Below are positions 47,596 through 58,320 of a stretch of 64,000 bases of DNA, piece after piece; position 1 is the stretch's first letter; each line of letters opens with the position of its first letter. The position numbers and the translations under genes are program-made. A model generated the notes under the pieces. The model searched no databases. It had not been told where the DNA came from and saw only the letters and a list, made by a program, of their open reading frames with translations. Origin of the DNA: a virus; the IMG/VR virus record IMGVR_UViG_3300037504_001229, positions 26,580-90,579 of that record; one strand, given 5' to 3'.

Positions 47596-48075
47596 ATGCA
47601 GACTTTTTTTCCAGAAGAGGATATAAACAAGACAGTAAGATGTTTAGATAATAAAAGACTCGGAAAGCAGCGAGTTGAAACGATACAAATACTTAATATT
47701 TTACTAGGTATATCTCCAAATTCTTCATGGAAAAATCATCCTGCTGTTAAAATGTGGAAGGGATACGAGCCTTATTTAGTAAAAGTATACCTTAAAAAAG
47801 TTTTAGAAGAATGGGAAAGAAGAGGGTTCAGAAATACTAAATGTAAAAAACACTGGATTAATTTTATGTTAAATTCCAAAATAAGAGGGGAAAACGCTTT
47901 TAAGCCCCTTTGGATAAATAAAGAATTTTGTGAAGCTCATAAATCAAACTTAGTACGTAAAGATCCTGAACATTATAAAAAGTGGTTTCCTAATGTTTTA
48001 GATACTTTAAATTATAAATGGCCTGGAGGTACCAAAAATGAAGAAGAAAATAGAAAAGAAGGAGAGTTGTTTTAG
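47596..48075 (+). CDS. pyrimidine-dimer DNA glycosylase-like protein (DenV/MSMEG_6728 family)
   Basis: MQTF, LDNKRLGKQRVE, HPAVKMW, HKSNLVRKDPEHY. Confidence 0.85.
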   Translation: MQTFFPEEDINKTVRCLDNKRLGKQRVETIQILNILLGISPNSSWKNHPAVKMWKGYEPYLVKVYLKKVLEEWERRGFRNTKCKKHWINFMLNSKIRGENAFKPLWINKEFCEAHKSNLVRKDPEHYKKWFPNVLDTLNYKWPGGTKNEEENRKEGELF

Positions 48076-48271
48076 GGTAACTGATCATGCTATTCTTCGG
48101 TATCTGGAAAGAGTAAGAGGAATAGATATTGAGGAAGTAAGATCTTACTTAGAAAATAGTGAAAATGAAAAAATGAAAAAACAAGTAAAGATTCTTGGAG
48201 AAGGGTATTTTCCAATGGAGGATTGTAAGATTTATATTCAAAACAATACTGTAATTACAGTATTTGCATAG
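48038..48271 (+). CDS. hypothetical protein
   Basis: VTDHAILRYLER...VITV pattern. Confidence 0.6.
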   Translation: MKKKIEKKESCFRVTDHAILRYLERVRGIDIEEVRSYLENSENEKMKKQVKILGEGYFPMEDCKIYIQNNTVITVFA

Positions 48272-48293
48272 ATAGATTACTAATATTATAAGG

Positions 48294-48674
48294 ATGAGTG
48301 AGTTGAGACTTATTATAGCAGGAAGTAGAGACTGGAATAATTATAATATCCTCAGAGATATTACCAATGAAATACTAACAGATATTTATTTCAAGTCTCC
48401 ATTTACTTCAGTTCAAGTTATTTCAGGTACTGCTAGAGGAGCAGATCTACTGGGGGAGCAGTATGCAAAAGAATATAACTTTGATATAAAAAGATTTCCC
48501 GCTGACTGGGAAAAGTACGGTAAAAAAGCCGGGTTTCTTAGAAACATAGAAATGGCTAAAAATGCTGATGCTTGTATTGTATTTTGGGATGGAAAATCTA
48601 AGGGTTCAAGACATATGATAGATATAGCAGAGGAAAATAACTTATCCTTATATATAGTAAAGGAGAAAGAGTGA
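48294..48674 (+). CDS. SLOG family (DUF2493/YspA-like) protein
   Basis: IIAGSR, SGTARGAD, ADW..GKKAG..RN, FWDGKSKGS. Confidence 0.85.
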   Translation: MSELRLIIAGSRDWNNYNILRDITNEILTDIYFKSPFTSVQVISGTARGADLLGEQYAKEYNFDIKRFPADWEKYGKKAGFLRNIEMAKNADACIVFWDGKSKGSRHMIDIAEENNLSLYIVKEKE

Positions 48675-48865
48675 GAGAGATTTACAGGGTTAGCACTGTT
48701 TATGGAGCATTTGAGATTGAAACAGAATATGATAAAGTTATTAGATGTTCCCCTATTGCAGGATGGATGCTTGGAAAAAATATTAAGACTATAAAGCAAT
48801 GGGTAAAAAATAGAAACGGTGTTATTAGAAGACTAAATTTAGTGGAGGAAATAAGTGCAAGATAA
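48671..48865 (+). CDS. hypothetical protein
   Basis: ORF packed within operon. Confidence 0.55.
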   Translation: MREIYRVSTVYGAFEIETEYDKVIRCSPIAGWMLGKNIKTIKQWVKNRNGVIRRLNLVEEISAR

Positions 48866-49212
48866 AAAGGTTATTTTAAACGAAAAAGAAGTTTCTCAAG
48901 ATGAACTTGAAGAAAAGAAAAAGCAAGTTGAAGAGATGAAAGATGCAGAACTTGTTGAAGTAGAAAAAGATAACTACAAAATAAGAATGCTTGATTAAAA
49001 TGAAACTTTAATATATAAATATAAGGAGTAAATATTATATGGAATATACTAAGCCTTTCACCTATTCTTCTGGTAGTCATAAAGATACAGATGCAACATC
49101 TATTTTAGCTTCGGATCCTTCGTACTGGGATGTTCCTACATACATGAGATTATCAGAAAATGGATATACAAGAATGTTTAATAATCATCAAAGACTTAGA
49201 AAGGAAGAATAA

Positions 49213-49929
49213 ATGAAAAAACTAAAACTAGCCCTTGATATGGATAATACAATAAATAAACTTTCTCCATCTTTCCTGCAGTATGTAGAATATGGACTTT
49301 GGGGAGAAAATAAAGATAATAAGCCTTCTTTTGCTACAGGATTTTTAGATCTTTTAAATGGGAATAAAATAGAAAATTATGAAGATGCTATTATTGCAAA
49401 AGAATGGGAAACATTTGAAAATAACTCTTATAAATACTATGAGTTAGAAAAGTATTTTCCTTTTATACCAGAGGAAGTCTTTAAAGAAATTTACTATAAA
49501 GTTTTCGATAGTTATGACTTTTGGATTAATGTTCCCCCAATGGAAAGAGTAAAAGAAGAAATATCAATATTAGATGAAATATTTGATCTTTATATTGTTA
49601 CTTATCCATATAGATTTTTGCAAAATTCTATTAAAGGGAAATTAGATTGGGTTAAAAAACACCTTCCTTTTATAAGGAGATATCAGATTATATTTGAGGA
49701 TAAAAAATATTCTAAGGAACTAAACTATGATATTATTATAGATGATAATCCTGATATACTTAAAAAAGCATATGAACAAGATATATTTACAGTTAAGTTT
49801 AACCATTTCTATAATATAGATTCTCCTTGTCATGATGAACTACAAAGTTGGGTCAACGGAAAAATCTATAGAGTTATACAAAATATAAAAAAATACTTTA
49901 AAAGTGATAGAAAAAAGTATATAATATAA
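49213..49929 (+). CDS. 5'(3')-deoxyribonucleotidase (NT5C-like HAD)
   Basis: LDMDNT, IVT, K..W, IIDDNP. Confidence 0.82.
   Translation: MKKLKLALDMDNTINKLSPSFLQYVEYGLWGENKDNKPSFATGFLDLLNGNKIENYEDAIIAKEWETFENNSYKYYELEKYFPFIPEEVFKEIYYKVFDSYDFWINVPPMERVKEEISILDEIFDLYIVTYPYRFLQNSIKGKLDWVKKHLPFIRRYQIIFEDKKYSKELNYDIIIDDNPDILKKAYEQDIFTVKFNHFYNIDSPCHDELQSWVNGKIYRVIQNIKKYFKSDRKKYII
49894..49925 (+). promoter_or_regulatory. repeated phage promoter, class A (inside 3' end of upstream CDS)
   Basis: TTTAAA(49897)-17-TATAAT(49920). Confidence 0.7.
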
Positions 49930-49943
49930 ATAGGAGTAAAAAA

Positions 49944-50444
49944 ATGATTGAATTAGATAAATGGGATTCACAATTTGTATATCTTGCTAAAAATCACTTT
50001 ACTCATGAGCAGAATATACCTAGAGAGCTTGAAGATTTCGCTATTATTGAAATAGCAAAATGTATTTGGGCAGATAGATGTGGACTTGAATATAAATATG
50101 TTAAGATAGGAAATATAACAGCAGGGTTACTTAAAATTTGTTATGAAACCGGAGCAGTTGATACCTTACATAAATTTTATGACTTTATTGAAAGATGTTC
50201 ACCTTTTTCGAAGTATGATTTTTTTAGTAGCAATGATAACGATAAAATAGTAACTAGAAAAAGTCATATAATAGACGTATTTAAAGCAAGTCTTAGTTAT
50301 CTAAGTATGTTACAGATATACAATGACGGTATGTATCCAATAATAAAATTAAAACCAAAAGAAGAAAGATACAATTGGAAAAATGTTAATAAAATATTAA
50401 AAGAAATAAATAAAAAGGAAGGAAAAAATGACTATCAGGTTTAA
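49944..50444 (+). CDS. hypothetical protein
   Basis: RBS and promoter. Confidence 0.65.
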   Translation: MIELDKWDSQFVYLAKNHFTHEQNIPRELEDFAIIEIAKCIWADRCGLEYKYVKIGNITAGLLKICYETGAVDTLHKFYDFIERCSPFSKYDFFSSNDNDKIVTRKSHIIDVFKASLSYLSMLQIYNDGMYPIIKLKPKEERYNWKNVNKILKEINKKEGKNDYQV

Positions 50445-50602
50445 ATGGAGAGGGAGAATATTTAATGTAACTATAGGGAGAACTCTCCCTTGGTCAAGAT
50501 CATTATATTGGATATCTATTATAGAAGAGTTTTATGGACCAATGTGTCAAGTTGAACATGCTACTTGGATTAAAGGTTTTTTTGAAAAGAGAGTAAATAA
50601 AT

Positions 50603-51580
50603 ATGGTAGATAAAGGAATTAAAAAACATCTTCAGTACAAAATCAATGATTGGATTAGTCACTTAGAAAAAAGAGACCCCAATCTTGCTAAAAAAGTAGC
50701 AAAGGAAGTTATTGTAACTGGGGGAGCTATTGTTAATCTTTTTCAAAATGAAAAACCAAAGGATTATGATATTTATCTAAAAACTAAAGAAACAGTAAAA
50801 GAGCTTGCTGAATTTTATGTTAACTGGCACAATGAAATTATTAAAGAGGGATCAGTTAAAGGAATAGTTTTAGATGGTGCTGATCCTGAAGTACAAAAAG
50901 CATGGAGTGATCATAATGGACATAGTCCAATGTTCTACTGTCAACCAGGGCGTATCAAAATTGTATTTCCTTCTAACGGGGTATCATCAGCTGAAAGAGA
51001 GGATATACTAGAAGAGCCTTTTGAAGATTATTTTGATGCAGTATCTCAAGTAGACGAAGTATCTTCAGAAGAAGTAGAAAATAAAGAAGAGGGAAAAGAA
51101 AAATATCGTCCTGTTTTTATGAGTTCTAATGCAATAACTCTTTCTAATAAAATACAGATTGTTATTAGATTCTACGGAGAGGCGGAAGATATACATGAAA
51201 CATATGATTTCCTTCATTGTACCGCATGGTATGATTACTATAAGAATCAACTAAACTATACAAAAGAAGTTCTTCGATCTATCATGGATAAAAGACTTGT
51301 TTATAGAGGATCAGAGTATCCAGTATGCTCTATTATTCGACTACGAAAGTTTATTAGTAGAGGGTGGCATGTAAATGCTGGACAAATTCTCAAAGCTCTT
51401 TTTCAAGTTTCAGAGCTAGATCTAAAAGATATAAATGTTTTAGAGGACCAGCTTGTGGGCGTTGATTCGGCATATTTTGAACAACTTGTTGCAGCAATAA
51501 ATACGAAACAAGAAAAGGATGAAAACTTTGTTTTAACATCTGGATATCTTGCCTCTATTATTGATAAAATATTTAGTTAA
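50603..51580 (+). CDS. Pol-beta superfamily nucleotidyltransferase-like protein
   Basis: VTGGAI...PKDYDIY, YDF, RLRKFISRGW. Confidence 0.65.
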   Translation: MVDKGIKKHLQYKINDWISHLEKRDPNLAKKVAKEVIVTGGAIVNLFQNEKPKDYDIYLKTKETVKELAEFYVNWHNEIIKEGSVKGIVLDGADPEVQKAWSDHNGHSPMFYCQPGRIKIVFPSNGVSSAEREDILEEPFEDYFDAVSQVDEVSSEEVENKEEGKEKYRPVFMSSNAITLSNKIQIVIRFYGEAEDIHETYDFLHCTAWYDYYKNQLNYTKEVLRSIMDKRLVYRGSEYPVCSIIRLRKFISRGWHVNAGQILKALFQVSELDLKDINVLEDQLVGVDSAYFEQLVAAINTKQEKDENFVLTSGYLASIIDKIFS

Positions 51581-51915
51581 GGAGAAGTTACATGAGTGAA
51601 AATTCAGGGAAGTCAAAGTCAAGAGAAAATCCTACAGGAGTTCGAAGAAAGTCTGGAGGAAAAGAACTTGCCCCGAAAAGTCTTCGAAGAAAATTTAAGA
51701 AGAAGTTTGTTTCTGAGTTTACTACTGAACAGATAGAGAAGGCATTAAAAGGATGAAAAGAATAATAGTCCAAGGTATTATTTGCTTTATTGTAGGATGT
51801 CTCATAGGATACATTTTCATTCCTATATTTGGAATAGTCAAGTCTCTTATACTTGCTTTTGGAGTAGGACTTGTTATTAGTATTTTATTCGATTGGAAGA
51901 AATAGAGGTTAGAGA

Positions 51916-52464
51916 ATGAATAAAAAACAATTAGATTTAGAATTTGATATTGAAGATCTTATAGAATGGCAGGATCTTAAAGATGTGATTAATGAATATC
52001 CTTATAAAGATATTATTAAAAAAAATCTTTTTATATATAATAAGAAGTTTATACTAAATCAAATAAAAAAAGGTGTTACTATTGAAAGGAGATTTTATAC
52101 TTTAGACGATTATGAGGGATTTAGTTATAAGTTTATTCAAGAATGTATAAAAGAAATACGTAATGAATTTCAAGATCAAATTCTTGAATCAGAGGATATC
52201 GTAATATCTATTTCATACGACGATAATAGATATAGCGTAGGGGAATCTGTATTTACTTTTCACGTAAGTTTAAAACCTACAAAAGAAAACTGTAAAGAAG
52301 TTATTCAATCTTACATAGAAAGAATTAAAAAAGAAGGTACTTTAGATAAGAATAACTGTTTAAATCTATTAAGAAAACTAAAATTTGATTATATTAATAA
52401 TATTATGGGTCAAGTAAAAGAAGAAATAGAGGAAATAAAAAATGATAATAGGGTTAATCGGTAA
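51916..52464 (+). CDS. hypothetical protein
   Basis: GAGG RBS. Confidence 0.6.
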   Translation: MNKKQLDLEFDIEDLIEWQDLKDVINEYPYKDIIKKNLFIYNKKFILNQIKKGVTIERRFYTLDDYEGFSYKFIQECIKEIRNEFQDQILESEDIVISISYDDNRYSVGESVFTFHVSLKPTKENCKEVIQSYIERIKKEGTLDKNNCLNLLRKLKFDYINNIMGQVKEEIEEIKNDNRVNR

Positions 52465-53026
52465 AAAACGGAGCGGGAAGGACACTGTAGCAGAATATCT
52501 TGTTCAAGAACACGGATATAAACGATATGGATTTGCAGATCCTATGAAAGAAATGCTTAAAGAAGCATTTCTTTGGAACGAAGAAAGTGTAAATGGAAGG
52601 TATAAAGAAATAGTAGATCCAAGATGGGGGATAAGCCCAAGACAAGCACTTCAACATATTGGAACAGAATGGGCACAAATAGGATTATCAGAATCTTTTC
52701 CAAAGTTTAAAGAACTAACTGGGAGGAATCTTTGGGTAAAAAGATTCATTTTTTTAACAATGGAAAGTGATCCAAATACTAACTGGGTTATTTCTGATGT
52801 TCGATTCCCTCATGAGATTAGTTTACTTAAAGGATCTATTGTTCTCTCTCATATTAAAAAAGTATTTATAAGAGTAAGAAGACCAGAAGCAGAATCCATT
52901 AAAGATAAACATGAATCTGAAAAGTATACAAATGAACTTGAATGTGATTATGAAATATGGAATGATAAATCAATAGAAGATTTATATGCTACAGTTTCTA
53001 ATATTCTTTTTACAGGAGTAGAATAA
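52442..53026 (+). CDS. deoxynucleoside monophosphate kinase
   Basis: IGLIGKKRSGKDT, FADPMK, PRQALQHIGTE, SDVRFPHE, HESE. Confidence 0.9.
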   Translation: MIIGLIGKKRSGKDTVAEYLVQEHGYKRYGFADPMKEMLKEAFLWNEESVNGRYKEIVDPRWGISPRQALQHIGTEWAQIGLSESFPKFKELTGRNLWVKRFIFLTMESDPNTNWVISDVRFPHEISLLKGSIVLSHIKKVFIRVRRPEAESIKDKHESEKYTNELECDYEIWNDKSIEDLYATVSNILFTGVE

Positions 53027-53027
53027 A

Positions 53028-53234
53028 ATGGTTAAATCTTGTAAACATTGTTCTGGTTCAGGTAAGTATATAGCATATGGAGGTCCAGTTGAAATGACTA
53101 CGGCTGGATTTTCTAAAGGAGGAGCAATAGTAGTAAATTGTAAATATTGTAATGGAACAGGACAGATAGATGAGGAAGAAATAATATCAGTTCCAAGAAA
53201 GTATGTAAAGGACGAATATTTTGAACAAGGGTAA
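53028..53234 (+). CDS. DnaJ-type Zn finger small protein
   Basis: CKHCSGSG, CKYCNGTG. Confidence 0.7.
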   Translation: MVKSCKHCSGSGKYIAYGGPVEMTTAGFSKGGAIVVNCKYCNGTGQIDEEEIISVPRKYVKDEYFEQG

Positions 53235-53799
53235 ATGTTTTTCAATGGCAAATATGGGGCAAAGAAAAAAATCAGATTTCTATCAAACTCCGTATTCTAT
53301 GACTCAACATCTTCTTGATAGAGAAAAGTTTGAAGGAAGTATTTTAGAACCAGCTTCAGGAGACGGAGCTATTGTAAAGGTTTTAAGAGATAATGAATAC
53401 GAAATTGAACATTTTGATATCAACAAAAGTGGAGTTGATTTTTTAGAGTTAGACGAAGATGTTAAATACGATAATATTATAACTAATCCTCCATTTTCTC
53501 TTGCTTTTGAATTTATACAAAAAGCTAAAAAAATATATAATAAAACAATATGTATGTTACTTCCTCTTTCTTATCTTCATGGTCAACATAGATATGAAAA
53601 TAGAATTTTTGAGAAACTAAAAACAGTATATGTATTTACTCGATATCCTCTTTTAACTGATACAGTAAGAGAAGATGGAAAATATAATACTGGAATGATG
53701 GTATATGCTTGGTTTGTATGGAAATGGCCTTGGAAAGGTAAACCATATATAGAATGGATAAACAATAACAATGATATAATAAGGAAAAATAATGGCTAA
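53221..53799 (+). CDS. DNA amino-methyltransferase (N6-adenine type)
   Basis: DFYQTP, LEPASGDG, ITNPPF, YAWFVW. Confidence 0.85.
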   Translation: MNKGKCFSMANMGQRKKSDFYQTPYSMTQHLLDREKFEGSILEPASGDGAIVKVLRDNEYEIEHFDINKSGVDFLELDEDVKYDNIITNPPFSLAFEFIQKAKKIYNKTICMLLPLSYLHGQHRYENRIFEKLKTVYVFTRYPLLTDTVREDGKYNTGMMVYAWFVWKWPWKGKPYIEWINNNNDIIRKNNG

Positions 53800-53986
53800 A
53801 AAGAAAAAAGAGGAATCATCTTCTCTTAAACCAAAACTCTCCAGTTTCTTAGATAAAAAGGTAGACGATATAAGTTTTGAAAACGAAGAACTATGTATCT
53901 ACTTTCATAACGGGTATGCTATAGTAATAAAAGGGTCTAATATCTCTATTAGTGTACAGGAGAAGAAGAGACCCGAAAAAACATAA
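53792..53986 (+). CDS. hypothetical protein
   Basis: ORF packed within operon. Confidence 0.55.
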   Translation: MAKKKKEESSSLKPKLSSFLDKKVDDISFENEELCIYFHNGYAIVIKGSNISISVQEKKRPEKT

Positions 53987-54042
53987 AAAAAGTAAATTTT
54001 TTTAAAAAAACTCTTGATTTTTCTGCTACTATCCTATATAAT
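53985..54042 (+). promoter_or_regulatory. sigma70-type promoter with UP element (class B)
   Basis: TTGATT(54014)-17-TATAAT(54037). Confidence 0.75.
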
Positions 54043-54085
54043 ATAAGTGTAAATAGGTTAAATAAATAGTAAATAGGAGGAGCAA

Positions 54086-54385
54086 ATGTTAGGATTAAAA
54101 ATTAAGAAGGGAACAGTAGCAGTAGCAGTAAAATTTTATGGCGATAAAAAATATCGCTATAAACAAATTCTTACCAAAAAAGATAATGTCTTTATAAGAG
54201 AAGATATTATTCTTGATCCAATAGGTAAACTTACAGATACCTCAAAAGAAAATGGTGGACCATTAGTTCTATCATTTTTGTTTGGGAATGAGCCCGTATA
54301 TGGATTTCGTAAGTTAAATTTTGATACTGGAGAAAGATCAAATTGGGCTCTCATAGTAAGATCCAGAGATGTAGAAACTGGATAG
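54086..54385 (+). CDS. hypothetical protein
   Basis: AGGAGG RBS. Confidence 0.65.
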   Translation: MLGLKIKKGTVAVAVKFYGDKKYRYKQILTKKDNVFIREDIILDPIGKLTDTSKENGGPLVLSFLFGNEPVYGFRKLNFDTGERSNWALIVRSRDVETG

Positions 54386-54411
54386 GTAAATATAACTGTA
54401 GGAGGTTATAA

Positions 54412-56730
54412 ATGAAACTGAGGGAAGAAAAAAGACAAATACAAAGCAATCTAGTAGGGGATCAGTCTTTCAAAATAAAGGCCGATGCAAAGGCCTTTCG
54501 TATCCTATCTGACAAGCTTTACTCAAATAAGATTAAGGCTATTATAAGGGAACTGTCAACTAATGCTTATGATAGCCATGTAGACTCGGAACAACCTGAC
54601 CGTCCATTTATAATACAACTTCCGAATAATCTTGAACCTACTTTCGCAGTAGAAGATTTCGGGACTGGGATGGACGAAGAAAAGATTCTTAACCTTTATA
54701 GTACCTATTTTGATTCGGATAAGATCGAGTCTAATACAGCGGTAGGTGCTCTTGGACTAGGAAGTAAAAGTCCTTTTGCTTATACTGATACATTTACAGT
54801 AATATCAAAACATAAAGGAACAAAATCAATCTATACATGTTTTCTTAATGAAGAAGAAGTTCCGTCGATTCTTAAAATAGGAAGTGAACCTACTAGAGAA
54901 GAAAATGGACTTCGAGTTGAGTTTGCTGTAGAGGAAAAACATTTTCATAGATTCGAAGAGGAGGCTGCAATAGTATTAGCGCCTTTTAAAGTAAAACCTA
55001 TTATTAAAGGGGCGGAAATAGAAATAAAAGAATATCCCGATATTATTATTGAGGGAGAGGGATGGAAGTTACTTCAGCAACGAGGATATAGTTATAGATA
55101 TAGATTTTTTGACTCAATAGCTATTCAGGGGAATATTGAATATCCTATTAAAATCGACGAAGTAAAAAAGGATCAAGAAAGACTTACTAAAAAATATAAA
55201 GTAAGTAACGAAAAGTTCAACGAAGTTTTAACTATCTTTGACAGAAATGCTTTTGTAATAGAGTTCCCTCTTGGATCACTTGGGTTTGCCCCAAGCAGAG
55301 AGCATCTGGAATATAATAAGTTTACAAATGATGCAATCTTTACTCGATGTTGGAATGTATATCAAGAGTTGCAAGATAAGATAGTAGAAACTTTAAGTAG
55401 TATTGAAAATGTTGTAGATCTAAGTCTCAAATATCATCAAATAGAAAATTATGTTTCTATTAAAGATTCAGAATTTCTTGAACTTGAAATAGATAATAAA
55501 GGCACAACATTATATGACTATATTGCTGTTCAAGAATATGAATATGATAAAGATTATGAAGTATATGATTATGAGGCATATCCTGGTTTTTCTAACGAAG
55601 TTAAGTGTGTAAAACTAAAAAAGAGACATGGATATAAACAAAATGGTAACTTTTATGATTTTCTTTCTTCTAGTAACAATAGATCAAATGTTAGAGTTAT
55701 TTATCACGACGAACAGTATGACGACTCTAAAAAAAGATCGGGTATGTATAGGGTTAAACAACATATAAGAGCCCATGAGTTTAAAGCTATTATTATTTAC
55801 AACAAAAATCTTCTAGGCCGCCTTAAAGAAAAAGATTATGAGTTAATTTCTTCTTACGAATATCTCAAAAAGCCTGGGAGGAAAGGGTCTAATGGTTCTT
55901 CTAGCTCTACTGATACTGATATTGTATATGTACATAAAGCTATAATAGAACAGCAGGGAATAAAGTTTAAATCAGAAAGCATAGAGGTAAAAGATCTTAT
56001 TCAAGATCCTGAGTTTCTAAAAGATCCTCATAAAGCATTTGCTACTGACTTTTATAGTAGATATAAATGTACTGATATAAATGGAGAAGACAAGGAAATT
56101 GAAAGGTATGAAATTAAAGAAAGGATACATTGGCTTTTTGGATTAGAAAGATATGCCGATTTCCAGCATAAAATAGGAGATGAGTTTTTTCGGTTTTATA
56201 CAATGAAAAGAAGTCATCTTGGAAAAAGTGAATTAAAGGAATTAAACTGGAATTCAATACAACATGTTTTTAAGGATCGGTTTCATAAAGTATTTGCAAA
56301 TGAAAATGTTAAAAAAGCAATACAAAATATGCTCCGCCTGAATCAATATACAAATATCCCCAGAGAAATAAAAAATATTGTAGGAATAGTAAACAAAACA
56401 AAACTAAAAGATTATGAAAAAAGATTATATTATCTAACATCTAAAATAGATAGTGTACAAATCTATGAGGAAGATCAAAGAAATATTGGATTACCTAAGT
56501 ATGAAATTAAAGGTCTTTTTTATGAATACGATGTAAACTTTATTAAAGGAATTGAAAAAAATCTTAGTGAAAAACTTTATAAATTGATCAAAAAAGTATA
56601 TAATAATATTATAAAGAAGAGGTATCCGATGATAAAGGTTGTGTCATTAAATGATATTTTTTGGATCGAAGATTTCTTAGATAAACATAAAAAAAATATT
56701 AACTCTTATATAGAGTTAGTAAATAAATAA
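54412..56730 (+). CDS. rIIA: rIIA-like protein (GHKL ATPase N-terminus)
   Basis: LYSNKIKAIIRELSTNAYDSH, DFGTG, GLGSKSPFAYTDTF. Confidence 0.9.
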   Translation: MKLREEKRQIQSNLVGDQSFKIKADAKAFRILSDKLYSNKIKAIIRELSTNAYDSHVDSEQPDRPFIIQLPNNLEPTFAVEDFGTGMDEEKILNLYSTYFDSDKIESNTAVGALGLGSKSPFAYTDTFTVISKHKGTKSIYTCFLNEEEVPSILKIGSEPTREENGLRVEFAVEEKHFHRFEEEAAIVLAPFKVKPIIKGAEIEIKEYPDIIIEGEGWKLLQQRGYSYRYRFFDSIAIQGNIEYPIKIDEVKKDQERLTKKYKVSNEKFNEVLTIFDRNAFVIEFPLGSLGFAPSREHLEYNKFTNDAIFTRCWNVYQELQDKIVETLSSIENVVDLSLKYHQIENYVSIKDSEFLELEIDNKGTTLYDYIAVQEYEYDKDYEVYDYEAYPGFSNEVKCVKLKKRHGYKQNGNFYDFLSSSNNRSNVRVIYHDEQYDDSKKRSGMYRVKQHIRAHEFKAIIIYNKNLLGRLKEKDYELISSYEYLKKPGRKGSNGSSSSTDTDIVYVHKAIIEQQGIKFKSESIEVKDLIQDPEFLKDPHKAFATDFYSRYKCTDINGEDKEIERYEIKERIHWLFGLERYADFQHKIGDEFFRFYTMKRSHLGKSELKELNWNSIQHVFKDRFHKVFANENVKKAIQNMLRLNQYTNIPREIKNIVGIVNKTKLKDYEKRLYYLTSKIDSVQIYEEDQRNIGLPKYEIKGLFYEYDVNFIKGIEKNLSEKLYKLIKKVYNNIIKKRYPMIKVVSLNDIFWIEDFLDKHKKNINSYIELVNK

Positions 56731-56756
56731 ATCTTATTTGTCATAGGAGGTTAAAA

Positions 56757-57983
56757 ATGACAGAAAAGAAAATGCAATACATTATTACAGGAAATAGCAT
56801 AACGCTATTTGTAGACGGAAAGTCGTACAGCACAACAAAAGATAATGCAGAATGGGATAAGATCAAACATCTTCTTACAGAAGTTAAGGAAGAAGATGTA
56901 GATAAAGATGAGTTAATTGATCTTATGTCACCTAAAAACAAAATCCTTAGATACTTAGATAGCAAAAAAATTCCTATTGTTATCGAAGGTGGGCTCCTTA
57001 AGTACAAGGATTATGTTGTTAAAACTTCCTTAGTTGAAAGAATTCAGGAAACAGTAGAAAGGGCAGGAGATGTTCAACCATTTCTAAACTTTATCGAAAA
57101 TCTTTTTACTAATCCTTCGATGCAGTCAGTAAATGAGTTGTACTTATTCTTAAGGCAAAATAATCTTCCTATTACTGATGATGGACACTTCCTTGCCTAC
57201 AAAAAGGTAGCAGTAGTTGAAGAAGGTAAAAGGTTCGTTGACATTTATACTGGAAAAGTAGATAACTCTCCTGGGGCAGAAGTATATATGTATAGAGAGG
57301 AAGTTGACGACGAAAGAGAGAGAACATGTTCACATGGACTTCATGTTTGCTCAAAAGAATATCTTTCAGTTTACGGAAGTAATAACCCTCAGGAAGCAAC
57401 AGTAGTAGTTGTAAAAGTAAATCCAAGAGATGTTGTTAGCGTACCGAATGATTATGATAATGCAAAGATGAGAGTTTGTCGGTATACAGTAGTAAAGGAA
57501 CTTCCTGAGTATAGGGAAAAGAAACTTCCTGATTTCTATGCAGAAGAGAACTTCGAAGAAGAGGATGAGATGGTTGACATGTCAGAACCCGAAGAAAGGC
57601 TTTGTGAAATCTGCGGTCAACCATTGGAGGATTGGGAAATTAATGTATGTGATGATTGTGAGGCAGATAATATGTCTTGGACAAATAATAACACTGAAGA
57701 TCTCAAAGAGGAGCTTAGTTCTTATTATAAATATACTTATACACATGCAGGGTATACATACGACGGATTTGTAATAGGTGTAGTAAACCCAGGAGAAAAA
57801 CCGAAGGATGTACTTAAAAGAGAAAAAGAAGACGACATTCAAGTTGATATGGTGTTTGAAAACTTTGATATTGATACAAAAATCAAAAATCAAACAAAGG
57901 ATTATGATCGATATCTAATGATTACCCTTTATAAAGACGCTAAAATGTTAGATAAGGCAAAGTTAATGGTGCCCAAAATATAA
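56757..57983 (+). CDS. rIIB: rIIB-like protein
   Basis: NPS, ITDDGHFLAYK, TCSHGLH, VKVNPRDVVSVP.DY..KMRVCRY. Confidence 0.92.
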   Translation: MTEKKMQYIITGNSITLFVDGKSYSTTKDNAEWDKIKHLLTEVKEEDVDKDELIDLMSPKNKILRYLDSKKIPIVIEGGLLKYKDYVVKTSLVERIQETVERAGDVQPFLNFIENLFTNPSMQSVNELYLFLRQNNLPITDDGHFLAYKKVAVVEEGKRFVDIYTGKVDNSPGAEVYMYREEVDDERERTCSHGLHVCSKEYLSVYGSNNPQEATVVVVKVNPRDVVSVPNDYDNAKMRVCRYTVVKELPEYREKKLPDFYAEENFEEEDEMVDMSEPEERLCEICGQPLEDWEINVCDDCEADNMSWTNNNTEDLKEELSSYYKYTYTHAGYTYDGFVIGVVNPGEKPKDVLKREKEDDIQVDMVFENFDIDTKIKNQTKDYDRYLMITLYKDAKMLDKAKLMVPKI

Positions 57984-57999
57984 CCTCCTATTTACACCT

Positions 58000-58031
58000 G
58001 GGCTGGCTCTTAGTAGTCAGCCCTCTTTTTT
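58000..58031 (+). terminator. intrinsic terminator
   Basis: gggctggct/agtcagccc stem followed by T run. Confidence 0.8.
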
Positions 58032-58094
58032 AAGATATATATAACTAAAACAATATATATCTGAAAAGAGAGTACAAGAATAGGAGGAATAAGA

Positions 58095-58277
58095 ATGAGA
58101 AACTTACTTCAAATCGAAAAGTGTTTAAATGATATTTATAATATTTCAGATCCTAAAAATGAAAGTTTAACCGAAGAGGAAAAACTTAAAAGAATTTGGG
58201 TAGTATCTATCGAAGCTTTAGAAGTATTCGAAGGACTAAGAAAAGATATTAAGAAATTTTCTGAAAAGTTATATTAA
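58095..58277 (+). CDS. hypothetical protein
   Basis: AGGAGG RBS. Confidence 0.55.
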   Translation: MRNLLQIEKCLNDIYNISDPKNESLTEEEKLKRIWVVSIEALEVFEGLRKDIKKFSEKLY

Positions 58278-58320
58278 AGAAATACTACTACTTTTATATA
58301 ATAGATAATAAGGAGATTAA

